Source: Syntrophorhabdaceae bacterium
Lineage (GTDB): Bacteria; Desulfobacterota; Syntrophorhabdia; Syntrophorhabdales; Syntrophorhabdaceae
Assembly: GCA_963666485.2 (NCBI GenBank)
Contig: CAXXUO010000004.1
Coordinates: forward strand, 96,001 to 160,000
Direction of reading: 5' to 3'
Length of the DNA: 64,000 nucleotides
Under the pieces are notes generated by a model that had not been told where the DNA came from, made no database searches, and saw only the letters and a program-made list of their open reading frames with translations. Of the stretch, positions 10,160 to 20,230 are shown piece by piece (position 1 is the stretch's first letter; each line of letters starts with the position of its first letter). Both the position numbers and the translations under genes were made by a program.

Positions 10160-11166
10160 AAACGACCTCTTCCACTAAATATTTTGGTAACCGCTACCCT
10201 CAGGGCGGCTATCATATCATCCGGCAAATCGACATTCACGGAACGATCCAATCGATCTATGCTGTTTTCAGTCGGACTGATGGTACAACCCAGTCTGTCC
10301 AATCCACAGCAAATACTCGACAGCGTGCTGGAAGGTTCAGAGCAAAGCTGCTCGTAAGTGATCTGCAAGGAATTTACATGTACCCCCTTCAATTCCTCGT
10401 CTATTTCCCGCCGGCATTCAAATACCTGCATCGACACGTCATGGACGGGGTCGGGGCCGTGACCCGCAAAGGGCCACGTGGAAGGTTTCAAAGACCACCA
10501 TGTACTATAGGAACCAAAACGTTCGCGCCGTGATTTCAGGATCGACGCTGCTGTCATGAAGGGATCACGTTTGATGTGTATAAAAATGCTTTTGCCGTAT
10601 ATTTCAGTCAGGTATCTTGCCTGAAGGCCGCATATGACATTTTTGAAGACAACGGGGCGCCGAAATTGACCGAGAATTTCATGGATAAGAACTTTTCTTA
10701 GCCCTTCCGCATCGAGTTCCCCCAGATGTTCCTCGGGTATCTTGTGCGTGGGGAATTGATCCAGTTTAAGCCAGTGACGCCAAAAATACCCAAATTCATG
10801 CGGTTCGTGAGCGCCTTCTGTCGTCCCGAAATTAGACCGAAAGGAAATATTACGCCGATAATCATCGCCGAGAAGCATTCCGGATAGCCTAATACCCACT
10901 GACGGCCTCATCCAAAAACGTGCAACAACATTATTGATATATCCCACCGGAAGATAACGGCTCAGCATCTGTGAAAGAAGCGTCGTTCCCGATCTCGGGG
11001 CGCCTACTATATATACGAGAGGGTATTGCGAGTCCTTCGTTTCATCTTCATCAGGAAGGTCCGCTGACTGAAGCACTTCGTTCAATTTTGCTAGATATAC
11101 CTCGTCGGCCGTTTTCTTACGAAACGCAAGTGCCCTTATCCCTGGTTCATGCGGATCAAATTCCAT
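10156..11166 (-). CDS. PAPS-dependent sulfotransferase
   Basis: IVGAPRSGTT 5'-PSB loop, IHIKRDP...S 3'-PB motif, ITYEQLCSEP. Confidence 0.85.
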   Translation of the reverse strand: MEFDPHEPGIRALAFRKKTADEVYLAKLNEVLQSADLPDEDETKDSQYPLVYIVGAPRSGTTLLSQMLSRYLPVGYINNVVARFWMRPSVGIRLSGMLLGDDYRRNISFRSNFGTTEGAHEPHEFGYFWRHWLKLDQFPTHKIPEEHLGELDAEGLRKVLIHEILGQFRRPVVFKNVICGLQARYLTEIYGKSIFIHIKRDPFMTAASILKSRRERFGSYSTWWSLKPSTWPFAGHGPDPVHDVSMQVFECRREIDEELKGVHVNSLQITYEQLCSEPSSTLSSICCGLDRLGCTISPTENSIDRLDRSVNVDLPDDMIAALRVAVTKIFSGRGRL

Positions 11167-11210
11167 CGATCACATCCATTGACAGAAAGTAGATACCAAC
11201 AAAGGGAAGG

Positions 11211-12245
11211 TCATTTCTTTTTTCCCATGAGGTAGTGTTGGGCTTCTATGGAAACCGTCTGTTCTATGATTATCTTGTTTTCGGAAAACCATGGCTTCAC
11301 TTCATCGATGGTATAACGATAGGCATATTGCGGGTGATACCAATCATAATTGACAAGAGTAGAGAACTCCTCACCAAAGTTGTCATTGTTAAAACATTTC
11401 AGGAAATTATAATAGAATAGTTCTTGAACCTTGTACTTTCCCTTTTTGATTCCGAGCAAAGGCAAGTCCTCAGTTAGACAGACCTCTTCCCGGATCTGTT
11501 GCAGCGCTTGGCCAAGCAGAGTGAATTGCCGGCATACTCTGTAAGCTTCATCATTCGGCATCCGCGAGATGACTTCCCGCAGCGCGTTGTCGCTTGATTC
11601 TCTGCAGACACCTTTCTTGTTGTAGACTGAAATGGCTACGGTGCCCCCGGGCTTTAGCACTGTGCACAAGGAACGAAATGACGCCCTGGGGTCAGGAGTA
11701 TGATGAAGGGACGCCCGGCAAATGACATAGTCAAATCTCTCACGAACAGGGATTGGACGGGATATATCCCACCTTAGAAGCATCCCGCATTTTTCCAGAT
11801 CAGGAATTCTTGGAATAATGTCGCCGAGAGAGCCATGTATATCGGCGCCTATGTAATGCATATGGCCGCTCGTAGTGTCGTCTACCAGTTCATTGGCTAT
11901 TCCGCCAAATCCGCAGGCTGCGTCATACACATAGATATCTTCGTTTGCGGCATCACTCCGGATACGGTCAAACAACCTGTCCCAACCCAATTTTGCCGCA
12001 GGCATGACCAATTTCGCTTGGGGATTCGACTGTATGAATTCAAGAAAGCCTTTTTCGCTTCCCCACTGGTCCGAATAATGCCCGGCGGTCTGATCGTTCA
12101 TGCCGCCGGAAAGATCTATATAACAAGAAGACCCCGGTAATGAATGATGACCCCCTTCGCACATCCAGGCTCCCGTATCCGTCCGTTTCGAATACGAAAG
12201 GCGGCCCCCGCAAACGGGGCATATGACAGTGCAGATCTTTCTCAT
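11211..12245 (-). CDS. Class I SAM-dependent methyltransferase with N-terminal CPxC knuckle
   Basis: YDAACGFG, FDYVICRASLHHTPDP, LKPGG. Confidence 0.85.
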   Translation of the reverse strand: MRKICTVICPVCGGRLSYSKRTDTGAWMCEGGHHSLPGSSCYIDLSGGMNDQTAGHYSDQWGSEKGFLEFIQSNPQAKLVMPAAKLGWDRLFDRIRSDAANEDIYVYDAACGFGGIANELVDDTTSGHMHYIGADIHGSLGDIIPRIPDLEKCGMLLRWDISRPIPVRERFDYVICRASLHHTPDPRASFRSLCTVLKPGGTVAISVYNKKGVCRESSDNALREVISRMPNDEAYRVCRQFTLLGQALQQIREEVCLTEDLPLLGIKKGKYKVQELFYYNFLKCFNNDNFGEEFSTLVNYDWYHPQYAYRYTIDEVKPWFSENKIIIEQTVSIEAQHYLMGKKK

Positions 12246-12275
12246 AACGCCTTTAGTACCTTATTTGACATCAGC

Positions 12276-13336
12276 TCACGTCAATTGATCGAAAGGAAAC
12301 ACGTAATAGTACGGGAACGCCTGCGATATTTTATCCCTATTGCGTTTAATAAGCTCCCTCGACCTCTCGGAGGCGTGAATCAGATAGGAATATGGATGAT
12401 CGACCGCACCCCAGCCCGCTTTGAACCGGTGCAGCGTCTGTTGCGTTACCCACGTCCCACCCCAGTTCCAATGCTGGAAGCCTGATTTGATTGAATCCAG
12501 CATGGCATTGAATATTATCAAAGATAAGGGTTGAAGCGGTCTATAGTCGTGTTTGATCACAGGAGTGATGTATTCTACGGTTCTGTTGAAAAATATGACC
12601 AGCAGCGCCGCGATGGGGGTAGCCTGCAACATCGCGACATAGATCTTTCTGAAAGCACTGGGAAGGCTTCGGCGCATAGCATCAAAATGCTCCCACAATT
12701 TTGTTTTGCCACCAATCGCCTCGATATTCTCAACATGGGTTTCATACAGGAATCGCCACGCCCATTCCTCATCAACCACCCGAACCGTGAACCCTTGCCG
12801 GGTAGCCTTATTTACGTTTCTCATTTTCTTCCTGACAATATGTGCAAGTTCTTCCCTGGCCCTTTCCGAGCTCCGGGGCAAAAAAGTTATCTGGCCTATC
12901 CTCTCGTCAATAAATGGGGTATTCACAACATCCTGGTATGCCCGGAAGTACTCATTTTCAAACGGCGACAATATAAGGGTCGCCGACAACAGATCGTCAT
13001 CTTTCAGATGCTCCGCATATTTTAACAGGAGGTCCTTACGGACGTTCTCGTCGTTCGGCTTGAGCAATGTGCAACCGCCATAACTTCCGTACCAGGGCAG
13101 GCTGTTCACAAACTCTTCCCGTATTCCGGATGCCGCAGACTGAATAAAGGCAGCGTCCCGCAAATCTCATCATCCTGCCAGGCCACGTAATAGGTCGTCT
13201 CGCCGCCTACCGCAGATTGCAGGAAATCCCTGAATTCAAGGCTTGAATACACGAGATTGAACTCGTTTTTCTGGAGAAACTCCTCGTATTTCTGACGGTC
13301 ATCCGGCCGTAGAACGGTAACGCGGCACGTGCTCAT
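12276..13336 (-). pseudogene. GNAT/FemAB-like acyltransferase split by a frameshift near 13107-13120
   Basis: ORF 13106-13336 ends HPEYG and ORF 12276-13163 continues VNSLPWYGSYGG; WNWGGT and LHRFKAGWGA motifs. Confidence 0.75.
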
Positions 13337-15020
13337 TTATCTGGCCTCTACAAGGCAATTCCTATGATATTCCATTTCTTCTTCGGATTGATCATCCATG
13401 AGAGGATTGAGCCTCGAGATCTCTTCCGGCAATGCCCGACCGGAGGCCACAAGACCAAATAACGCCAGCATGAGGGGCATAGTCTTTTCTTCGCCATGAT
13501 TTCTCACCAACCATTCACGCATTTCCTTTTCCTTGCCGAGCCTCAGATCGGCATGATCGACCAATGCGCATATATGCCTGTAAATCTGTGCCGGGGAATC
13601 CGCATTCATCGCCGGGATGGCGTCTCCCTTATACAGGGAATTATACTGGTCTTCCCGTAGTTTCATTATGATAGGTTTACCCACGGATGCAGCCTCCAGA
13701 GCCGTGGCACCGTAATAACCCATAAAGAACTGATCCATGAAAATATCACAGGAGCGATAATAATCGATCAACTTCTTCTTTCCAACGGGATTCAGGAGTA
13801 AAAATTGATCCTGTATTCCGTTTGATTCGATCATACTCCTGAGGGTGTCTCGCGTCATCACCCCAGTTGATCACGACATACCTGATATTATTCCTCTCTT
13901 TGGCTGCCTTGACGAGGATATCAAAAAACCCCGTATCCTGGCCTTTCCATTTTGTGTCCCCACCTGCTGGTCATCAGAATATAAACCCCATCCCCATGTT
14001 CCCGCACCCATTCTTTCCTGGCAGTGCCGGGGCCCGGACAGTATCGATGATCGTCCATGGGGTACGGGAGATATAACGCATTGGATAACCCAAGGCGCCT
14101 GCATTGAGCAAGTACATGGGGATTTGACGCCAGGAGGAAAACGGGCCGCGTTGTACCCTAAATGGGCGACAAGACCTAATTCATCGGACCGGCCGCAAAC
14201 CCACATCAGGTCCCCGCCGTAGGCAAAAATACAATAGGGCCGACCGCTTGCGTAGACTGCCCCGATAGGATCCATACTGTATATCATGTCATATTTTGCC
14301 AGTTCGCAGGACCATTCAAAATAGGGGATAAAACCCTGTATACCATGCGAGGGATTCCGGGCGAACGCTCTTGGCTCGATCCATGATCTTGATGAATCCG
14401 AGTCTATCCCCTTTCAGCAGTCTTGCATATCCGGTCAAAAAATTGAAACCATCCATCTGGACCGTGCGGCATGGTACTATCAAGGGGAATATTCTCTTTT
14501 ATTTTGAGAAACTCCTGTTCATTTTCAAGGTCAGCAAACTCTCCGTCAAATAACTCCCATTCCGGCGACATCAATATTGTCTTATCCAGGGGATTGAGAA
14601 ACAGGGTGGCATCTGCTCCGTATTTTTTTGACAGCATTGACCATTTGTGCATACTTTGATTCATGTTGGTACAAAACGCCAGCTTCAACGAAGATGGGTT
14701 CCGTCCGCCGTCAAACTCCATTGCGTACTGCCATATTGCTTCAGAATAAATGCGAAACCGCCTGATATTGTCCGGTGTCAAATACGGATGTTTCCATGGT
14801 GTTTCGTCCACACTGTCATATCTCGGGGAAGGGTCGAATGCAATGGTAGGGATGCGCTGGAGTAAATGATTTTTCTCACGGAGAAGAAGATCGCGGTTCT
14901 GCTGTGATCATATCGCGTTCTGCTGTGATCATATCGCGTTCATAAATCACACGATCCAGAGCAAGAATAATTTTCTTTTATTGGAGGTATTCTTAAGCCA
15001 ATTTTGAAAAGAAAACTCAT
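13337..15020 (-). pseudogene. Glycosyltransferase (GT4-like, about 558 aa when repaired) fragmented by about 7 single-base insertions
   Basis: ATG overlaps the radical SAM stop (ATGA). Frames can be walked continuously to the C-terminal DIFMDQFFMGYYGATALEAASVGKP. 1684-7=1677 nt is a multiple of 3. Confidence 0.75.
14896..14941. repeat. 21-bp tandem repeat (2 copies plus a partial) encoding the heptad ERDMITA on the minus strand
   Basis: gttctgctgtgatcatatcgc at 14896-14916 and 14917-14937. Confidence 0.9.
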
Positions 15021-16570
15021 ACTCTATTGTCCTGGGCCTGAGTTCCTTTATAGGGATAACAAAGCTTCATGACGGGCGATACGATACTCTCATATCGTGG
15101 AGTATCCTCTATCCTCAAGACATGGGCAAACCAGCACTGGCATTCCCTGCACGACGCAATGTCGTTGAATCGACCCGATGAATGGGCCGTCCAGAGATTC
15201 TTTAACGTATCGTTTTGCCGCAGGATCTCCTGCAGCGGGGAATCGGTAATATTGCCGATATACCCCGGGACACCACCATTGCACGGCATCACATCTCCGG
15301 AAGCCTGGACCCAGGCGCATTCTGTAATGAGATTGCACGGCAGGCGGAGCGACCGTTCGGGTTCAAAGAAACACAGGTCCGTTTGATACTTCTTGCTATG
15401 AACCTGCTCATCCATCCTGTTCTCGGGTGAAAGCGCAACATAATCCACTATTTTGAGCCATTGATCGAGGTAGACGTCTGTTTCGTGTTTGTTGCTATCC
15501 TGAACAGTAAATATGACACCTACCTGGGGATTCTTCTTGCCCAGACTGTTTCTCATTTCTATGAGCCGTCTTACATTGGATTCTATGTTTCCAATATCCC
15601 GTCCCGTAATGGTTTTATAAACCTCCGGTGATGCACCGTGCATACTGATCTTTAAGTGATCGACCTCGAGATCTATCAAGACCCGGCTGGCCTTTTCATC
15701 CATTGCCGTGGCATTCGTGGCAAAAAAGCATGCCAGTCCATTCTCTTTGATGACCCTGAGTATCCTCTCGTAGTCCAGATTATAGAATAGTTCACCTCTC
15801 CAGTACGGCACCACCGTTCTGGAGAGAGTATTGTGATAGGGATCGTCCCATTTGGCTATCTCACGAACAGTACGCTCGAACACTTCCAAAGGCATGTCCT
15901 TCTCTTCCTCAGGTCTGATATACCGCGAACCGCTGCTTTGCCTGACGCCGTGATACGGGCACATGAGACAGGAGTTGTTGCACCGTGTCGAGGTCTCGAG
16001 CTGGATCGTCCTCGGCAAATGCATATCCGCCATAAGGGCATATCCTGCAAAAAAGTCTTCTCTGCTATGTTCGAGTTCGATGAAAGACTCATTATCCAGG
16101 AATTCGCTACGGAATTGTTCGATATAGTTTGACCCGCAATTTGATAAATATCCGGCCAGCGAGGAGTTTATGCCCGGTCTCAGTGCTATAAGACCGTCCT
16201 GAACCCCGAAAGGCTGGATCCTGCCGTCAACTGCCATCGGCAGGACATGTTTGCCCGATGAAGAGGAGGCGGACAGGAAGCGTTTGATCCGGGCTGCGGA
16301 CAGATGTATGTTCCAGTCCATGGCCAGAACCACCGGGCCGTTATATTTCCTGCAGAAATCCTCTATGCTTGTCCTTTCAGCATCCGGTAGAACAGGCAGT
16401 TGATCAATATAAGACCCGTATGAGGTGGTCAACAATACCTTTTTTATGCCCGACTCGCGCATCTGCCGGGAGATAAGCGTTATTCTGTTATTTCTCTTTC
16501 GGGCCGGGCCGGAAAAGTCGTTTACAAGAATAAGTCCGGCGACACCCGAATATTTCTTTCTAAAAAACAT
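15017..16570 (-). CDS. Radical SAM/SPASM-domain protein
   Basis: CNNSCLMC (CxxxCxxC); C-terminal PC...GDVMPC...GNI...CRECQC SPASM-like cysteines. Confidence 0.85.
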   Translation of the reverse strand: MFFRKKYSGVAGLILVNDFSGPARKRNNRITLISRQMRESGIKKVLLTTSYGSYIDQLPVLPDAERTSIEDFCRKYNGPVVLAMDWNIHLSAARIKRFLSASSSSGKHVLPMAVDGRIQPFGVQDGLIALRPGINSSLAGYLSNCGSNYIEQFRSEFLDNESFIELEHSREDFFAGYALMADMHLPRTIQLETSTRCNNSCLMCPYHGVRQSSGSRYIRPEEEKDMPLEVFERTVREIAKWDDPYHNTLSRTVVPYWRGELFYNLDYERILRVIKENGLACFFATNATAMDEKASRVLIDLEVDHLKISMHGASPEVYKTITGRDIGNIESNVRRLIEMRNSLGKKNPQVGVIFTVQDSNKHETDVYLDQWLKIVDYVALSPENRMDEQVHSKKYQTDLCFFEPERSLRLPCNLITECAWVQASGDVMPCNGGVPGYIGNITDSPLQEILRQNDTLKNLWTAHSSGRFNDIASCRECQCWFAHVLRIEDTPRYESIVSPVMKLCYPYKGTQAQDNRV

Positions 16571-16582
16571 CGCATTCCCTCG

Positions 16583-19441
16583 CTAGTTATTTCTTATTTC
16601 CATGTTGCAGCAATTCATCCCTGATTCGAATATTTTGTATCCCCGGGGATGCAGTTTTCCGTTCTGGCTGTTCATGAATACTTCTGTGGCGATACCTTTC
16701 TTCACGTCCGGAAAGATAAACATGCCATTATAACCGGTTTTTGTCGACAGGTATTCTTCGTCCTGTCTCAAGAATACCTCAAGCCCGTCTTCCCCGGAGA
16801 CAACGCGGCCGCCTATTACCGCGCTTTCGGGATGCCTGTGATCGACCCTCTCGGGGAGAAAAGAGATTCTGTGTAGTTCCACGAAGTCCCCGTCGGCGGA
16901 GTTATCTCCTGTCAGGATAACATGTATCCTGGACACCGAACCCGTCGGCAAACGCCTTGTTTGATTTCCGTTGTGTGACATGTCCTTCAGGTCGTATGTT
17001 CTATATTTGACCTTGCCCGCCTCGCTGCCCTTCATGCGGATACCGGCGTATTCGATACAACGGTCCGCTTCCTCGCACCATATGAACTCGTCCCGGTCTT
17101 CCACGGTAAAGCCTATACCGAGAAACATCGAATCACTATTCTTTCGGTATGCGAAATGAAAATAGCGCCCATCACCCAGTTCGAGGGAATCAGGTACAAA
17201 TGTAAGGCGCGCTGCACCGGGGCCGTTTTTCGTGAATTTGCCAACCGATAACCCGGCATCAAAATAATAGTCCCCCCCGGAGACGTCCAGCACCCCGGCC
17301 TGGTCGAAAAAACCGACCTTTCCATGAATAACCTTCTGGGAAGTGGCATCAAGGATCGTTACACTATTCCTTCCTGACTCATCCGGCCCGTTACATTTGT
17401 AAAAGTGATAAAGCTCGTTGTCGATGATCACGTCGGTCGTCTCGGGGTCGTCGACGTATATCGTGGCTCCGTGCAAGAATGATACCTGCCGTGAAATGAT
17501 CGGGCAGAAATGGTTGTGCCACAATCTGATGGAGACCGTTTTCTGACCTATGTCCAGGTGCCGGTCCAGGTCTCTCGTCATTGCAGCGTAACGGGCCAGC
17601 ACTGATGCTGGAGTCACCCAGATCCTGGGACCGCTCAGGCCTGATAAGTCCGCCTGCAGATCGGAGAGCACAAGAAGCGCCTCTACTGTCTGGTCGTTGA
17701 ATATCTCCTGCTCGGGCTGAAGGAGGATGTCCGCAGCTCCCCAGTGCACGTAAATGATTGCCGCATGGCCGGGCCTGACAGCTAATTGATGTATTGCCTC
17801 GGACAGCTGAAAACCGAGGTTTTCATTATGATGAATATCTGCATGCCTCGCATAATAGGGGTGTCCTTCCTTCTCTTCTGCGATATAGCGGGGTACTATG
17901 TAGATCGGACGGTCGTCTCGGCTTAAATCCTCGATCAACAGTTCTGTTATCAGGTTGGATGCGGAGTTCAGGGGGACATGGGGGTCATCTGCGGCAAACG
18001 CCATACGTGCCGGGCATATGAACGATACCCCTCTTTGAGCGAGCAGATCATAGTGATAGGCCGATGAGGAGCGCAGGTCAGCTTCGCCTGTTCTGTAAGG
18101 ATTGCCTCTAAAGATCGGTCCTTTGAAAGTGGGTGAGGTCATGGTTGAGACAAATTGCTTTCCGCCATGGCACACCATTAGGATGGGGATCATTTTCAGA
18201 GACTCCAAGACCGGCGCCTGACTCTCAACTATTGCCCTGTGAAAGGGCAGTGCACAAACACCTTCCAAGGCAAACCTGCCGCTGCCTTTTAGCGACAGGA
18301 CCATACGGTCAATAGATGCGCCCGGCACATCCAGCCTCGATCCAACCGGCTGGTTTCTTTCCTTGCTGTATAGCAGATATTTACCGTCGACAAGATCTGC
18401 GGGCTCCCATCCTGAACTCGACAGGAGTTCTCCCCTCAATACGACTGTATGGCTGCCGCCTCTGTTGTCGGTGAGGATCAATTCCGCTGTTTTCACGCCC
18501 GGATCGATCTGTGCGTTTATGACCAATCCATAGTTGCCAAAGGCCAGATAACCTGTATCCCGGCGATTAACGTCAATAACCTGTTCGATCTCGCCCTGCA
18601 CCTGAATGTCCAAAGGGGAACAAATGTTACCCGGCTCGACAAAATCATCATCCCAGGAATGGCATGAATCAAACCAACCGCGGTGGAACATCTCCAACAA
18701 TTCTGACGCGGTTTTGTTGTTAAGGTCCCCTGATGTATTACGAAAAAAGATACACGCATTCTCCGGCTGGCATGAGAGGTTCCCCGAAGGCCAGAAGGAG
18801 TCTCCCTGGTTAACGCCGATCTGGGATTCAATGTACTCGTGAATAGACCTGGCCATTCCGACGGTCATGCCGTCCACGTCGCTTGCAATGGCCAGCGCAT
18901 TGTTATAGGGAAAGGGCAAAACACGGCAATTCTTGCCCAACCGTGGGTCAACCTTCTGGTCTGTGAAAGGACGGGTCTTCTGTGCAAAAGCAATGCGCGC
19001 GTCCCTCGCTGCACCTGCGAGGTCCGCTATGTCCTGCCTCCTTTGCGGCTTGACGGGTTTTAAGATATAGACCCTCCCGTTCTTTCTGGGGTCGGAATTA
19101 TCTGAAGTGCTGAAATAGAGAAAGTTGTGCCAGTGTGAATAACCGCCTGAACCTCTGTTGATTATGGTTGCGTGCATGGAATGCGCAGGAAATAGTTCTT
19201 TGCCGTCCTCAAAAAGAATATACGTTGAATTCCTCGGTTTTTCCGTGGAGTCACCCTGTTCAGCCGGAAGCTCCAATCTTACCGAATATCCGAACGGCTC
19301 CAGGCAGTTGATATCGTTTGTGTTAATTACTCGTACCCCGGGGTCTTGCTGCGGCAATGTATCGACAGTTACAGGATCGATCACATCCCCAACCGCGCCT
19401 TTGAAGAAGATTTTTCTTATGTTCCTGATCATGGATGTCAT
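16583..19441 (-). CDS. 952-aa multidomain protein: N-terminal SHW..LYFS module plus a possible deacetylase-like region
   Basis: Long ORF in operon; FPYNNALAIASDVD, FDSCHSW, IYVHWG; shares a 76-aa module with 20231-21505. Confidence 0.6.
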   Translation of the reverse strand: MTSMIRNIRKIFFKGAVGDVIDPVTVDTLPQQDPGVRVINTNDINCLEPFGYSVRLELPAEQGDSTEKPRNSTYILFEDGKELFPAHSMHATIINRGSGGYSHWHNFLYFSTSDNSDPRKNGRVYILKPVKPQRRQDIADLAGAARDARIAFAQKTRPFTDQKVDPRLGKNCRVLPFPYNNALAIASDVDGMTVGMARSIHEYIESQIGVNQGDSFWPSGNLSCQPENACIFFRNTSGDLNNKTASELLEMFHRGWFDSCHSWDDDFVEPGNICSPLDIQVQGEIEQVIDVNRRDTGYLAFGNYGLVINAQIDPGVKTAELILTDNRGGSHTVVLRGELLSSSGWEPADLVDGKYLLYSKERNQPVGSRLDVPGASIDRMVLSLKGSGRFALEGVCALPFHRAIVESQAPVLESLKMIPILMVCHGGKQFVSTMTSPTFKGPIFRGNPYRTGEADLRSSSAYHYDLLAQRGVSFICPARMAFAADDPHVPLNSASNLITELLIEDLSRDDRPIYIVPRYIAEEKEGHPYYARHADIHHNENLGFQLSEAIHQLAVRPGHAAIIYVHWGAADILLQPEQEIFNDQTVEALLVLSDLQADLSGLSGPRIWVTPASVLARYAAMTRDLDRHLDIGQKTVSIRLWHNHFCPIISRQVSFLHGATIYVDDPETTDVIIDNELYHFYKCNGPDESGRNSVTILDATSQKVIHGKVGFFDQAGVLDVSGGDYYFDAGLSVGKFTKNGPGAARLTFVPDSLELGDGRYFHFAYRKNSDSMFLGIGFTVEDRDEFIWCEEADRCIEYAGIRMKGSEAGKVKYRTYDLKDMSHNGNQTRRLPTGSVSRIHVILTGDNSADGDFVELHRISFLPERVDHRHPESAVIGGRVVSGEDGLEVFLRQDEEYLSTKTGYNGMFIFPDVKKGIATEVFMNSQNGKLHPRGYKIFESGMNCCNMEIRNN

Positions 19442-19467
19442 CGGATAACCAAAACTGCTGCGGCGAA

Positions 19468-20208
19468 CTACTCCTCGCGATCTTCTTTTACCGCCACTGC
19501 CCCCGCAAAAACAAATTTGTCGGGATGAAGCGACACCAACTTCGAATAGATGGACCCAGCGAAATACTTGAACTTTAAAAACGCCCTGTATGATTTGAAG
19601 AATTTCTTCGGATACATCCCGTAATCCTGTGTGTGAACCACCGAAAATCGAGCCTTTTCGAGAGACGCTACCAGTTCATCTCTGTTCCAGTAGGTAGGGA
19701 TCGTCCTGTCCAGCCTCCCCAGTTCGTTATTGATATTATTTTCCGGCCGGCGGGTACTCGATACGAACAACACGCCCCCACGATCGAGGACACGCCTCAC
19801 TTCCTTAAGGGCTTCCAAGGGGCTCTTCATGTAGCATATGGCGCCCATAAAGACACAGACATCGAAGGATGCATCACGAAACGGCAGGGGCATATCTGCA
19901 TCACCGATGACGACCTTCAGCCTGCTGTTATATTTCTCCAGAATAGACCACTGCCTGTAATATCCCCATGAGTCGAACAATGTGATGTTCTTTTTCATAG
20001 CGTTTAGAGAAGCCGCCGTCGTAACTCCCGCAGAGGGGCCGATCTCCAGTATGCGCAGGTCTTTATTCAGGTCGGCGAACCTGGCGATCTGCAAACGGCT
20101 TGCGAAGCCAAGCTGCTTCCTCGGGTTGGTGATATACAGATGATAGTATGTCGCAAGAGTGTCAAATGCATCGGTAGTTCCTAGCCGATATGTCGAGTCT
20201 TTATTCAT
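19468..20208 (-). CDS. Class I SAM-dependent methyltransferase
   Basis: ILEIGPSAG, LPFRDASFDV, ALKEVRRVL. Confidence 0.85.
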   Translation of the reverse strand: MNKDSTYRLGTTDAFDTLATYYHLYITNPRKQLGFASRLQIARFADLNKDLRILEIGPSAGVTTAASLNAMKKNITLFDSWGYYRQWSILEKYNSRLKVVIGDADMPLPFRDASFDVCVFMGAICYMKSPLEALKEVRRVLDRGGVLFVSSTRRPENNINNELGRLDRTIPTYWNRDELVASLEKARFSVVHTQDYGMYPKKFFKSYRAFLKFKYFAGSIYSKLVSLHPDKFVFAGAVAVKEDREE

Positions 20209-20230
20209 AGGCCTTATCGCTATTTAAGAC

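Noticed and set aside
13337..15020. Programmed frameshifting or phase variation as the cause of the fragmented gene
   Set aside because: The runs are only 2-4 nt and about seven simultaneous events would be needed; sequencing error is simpler
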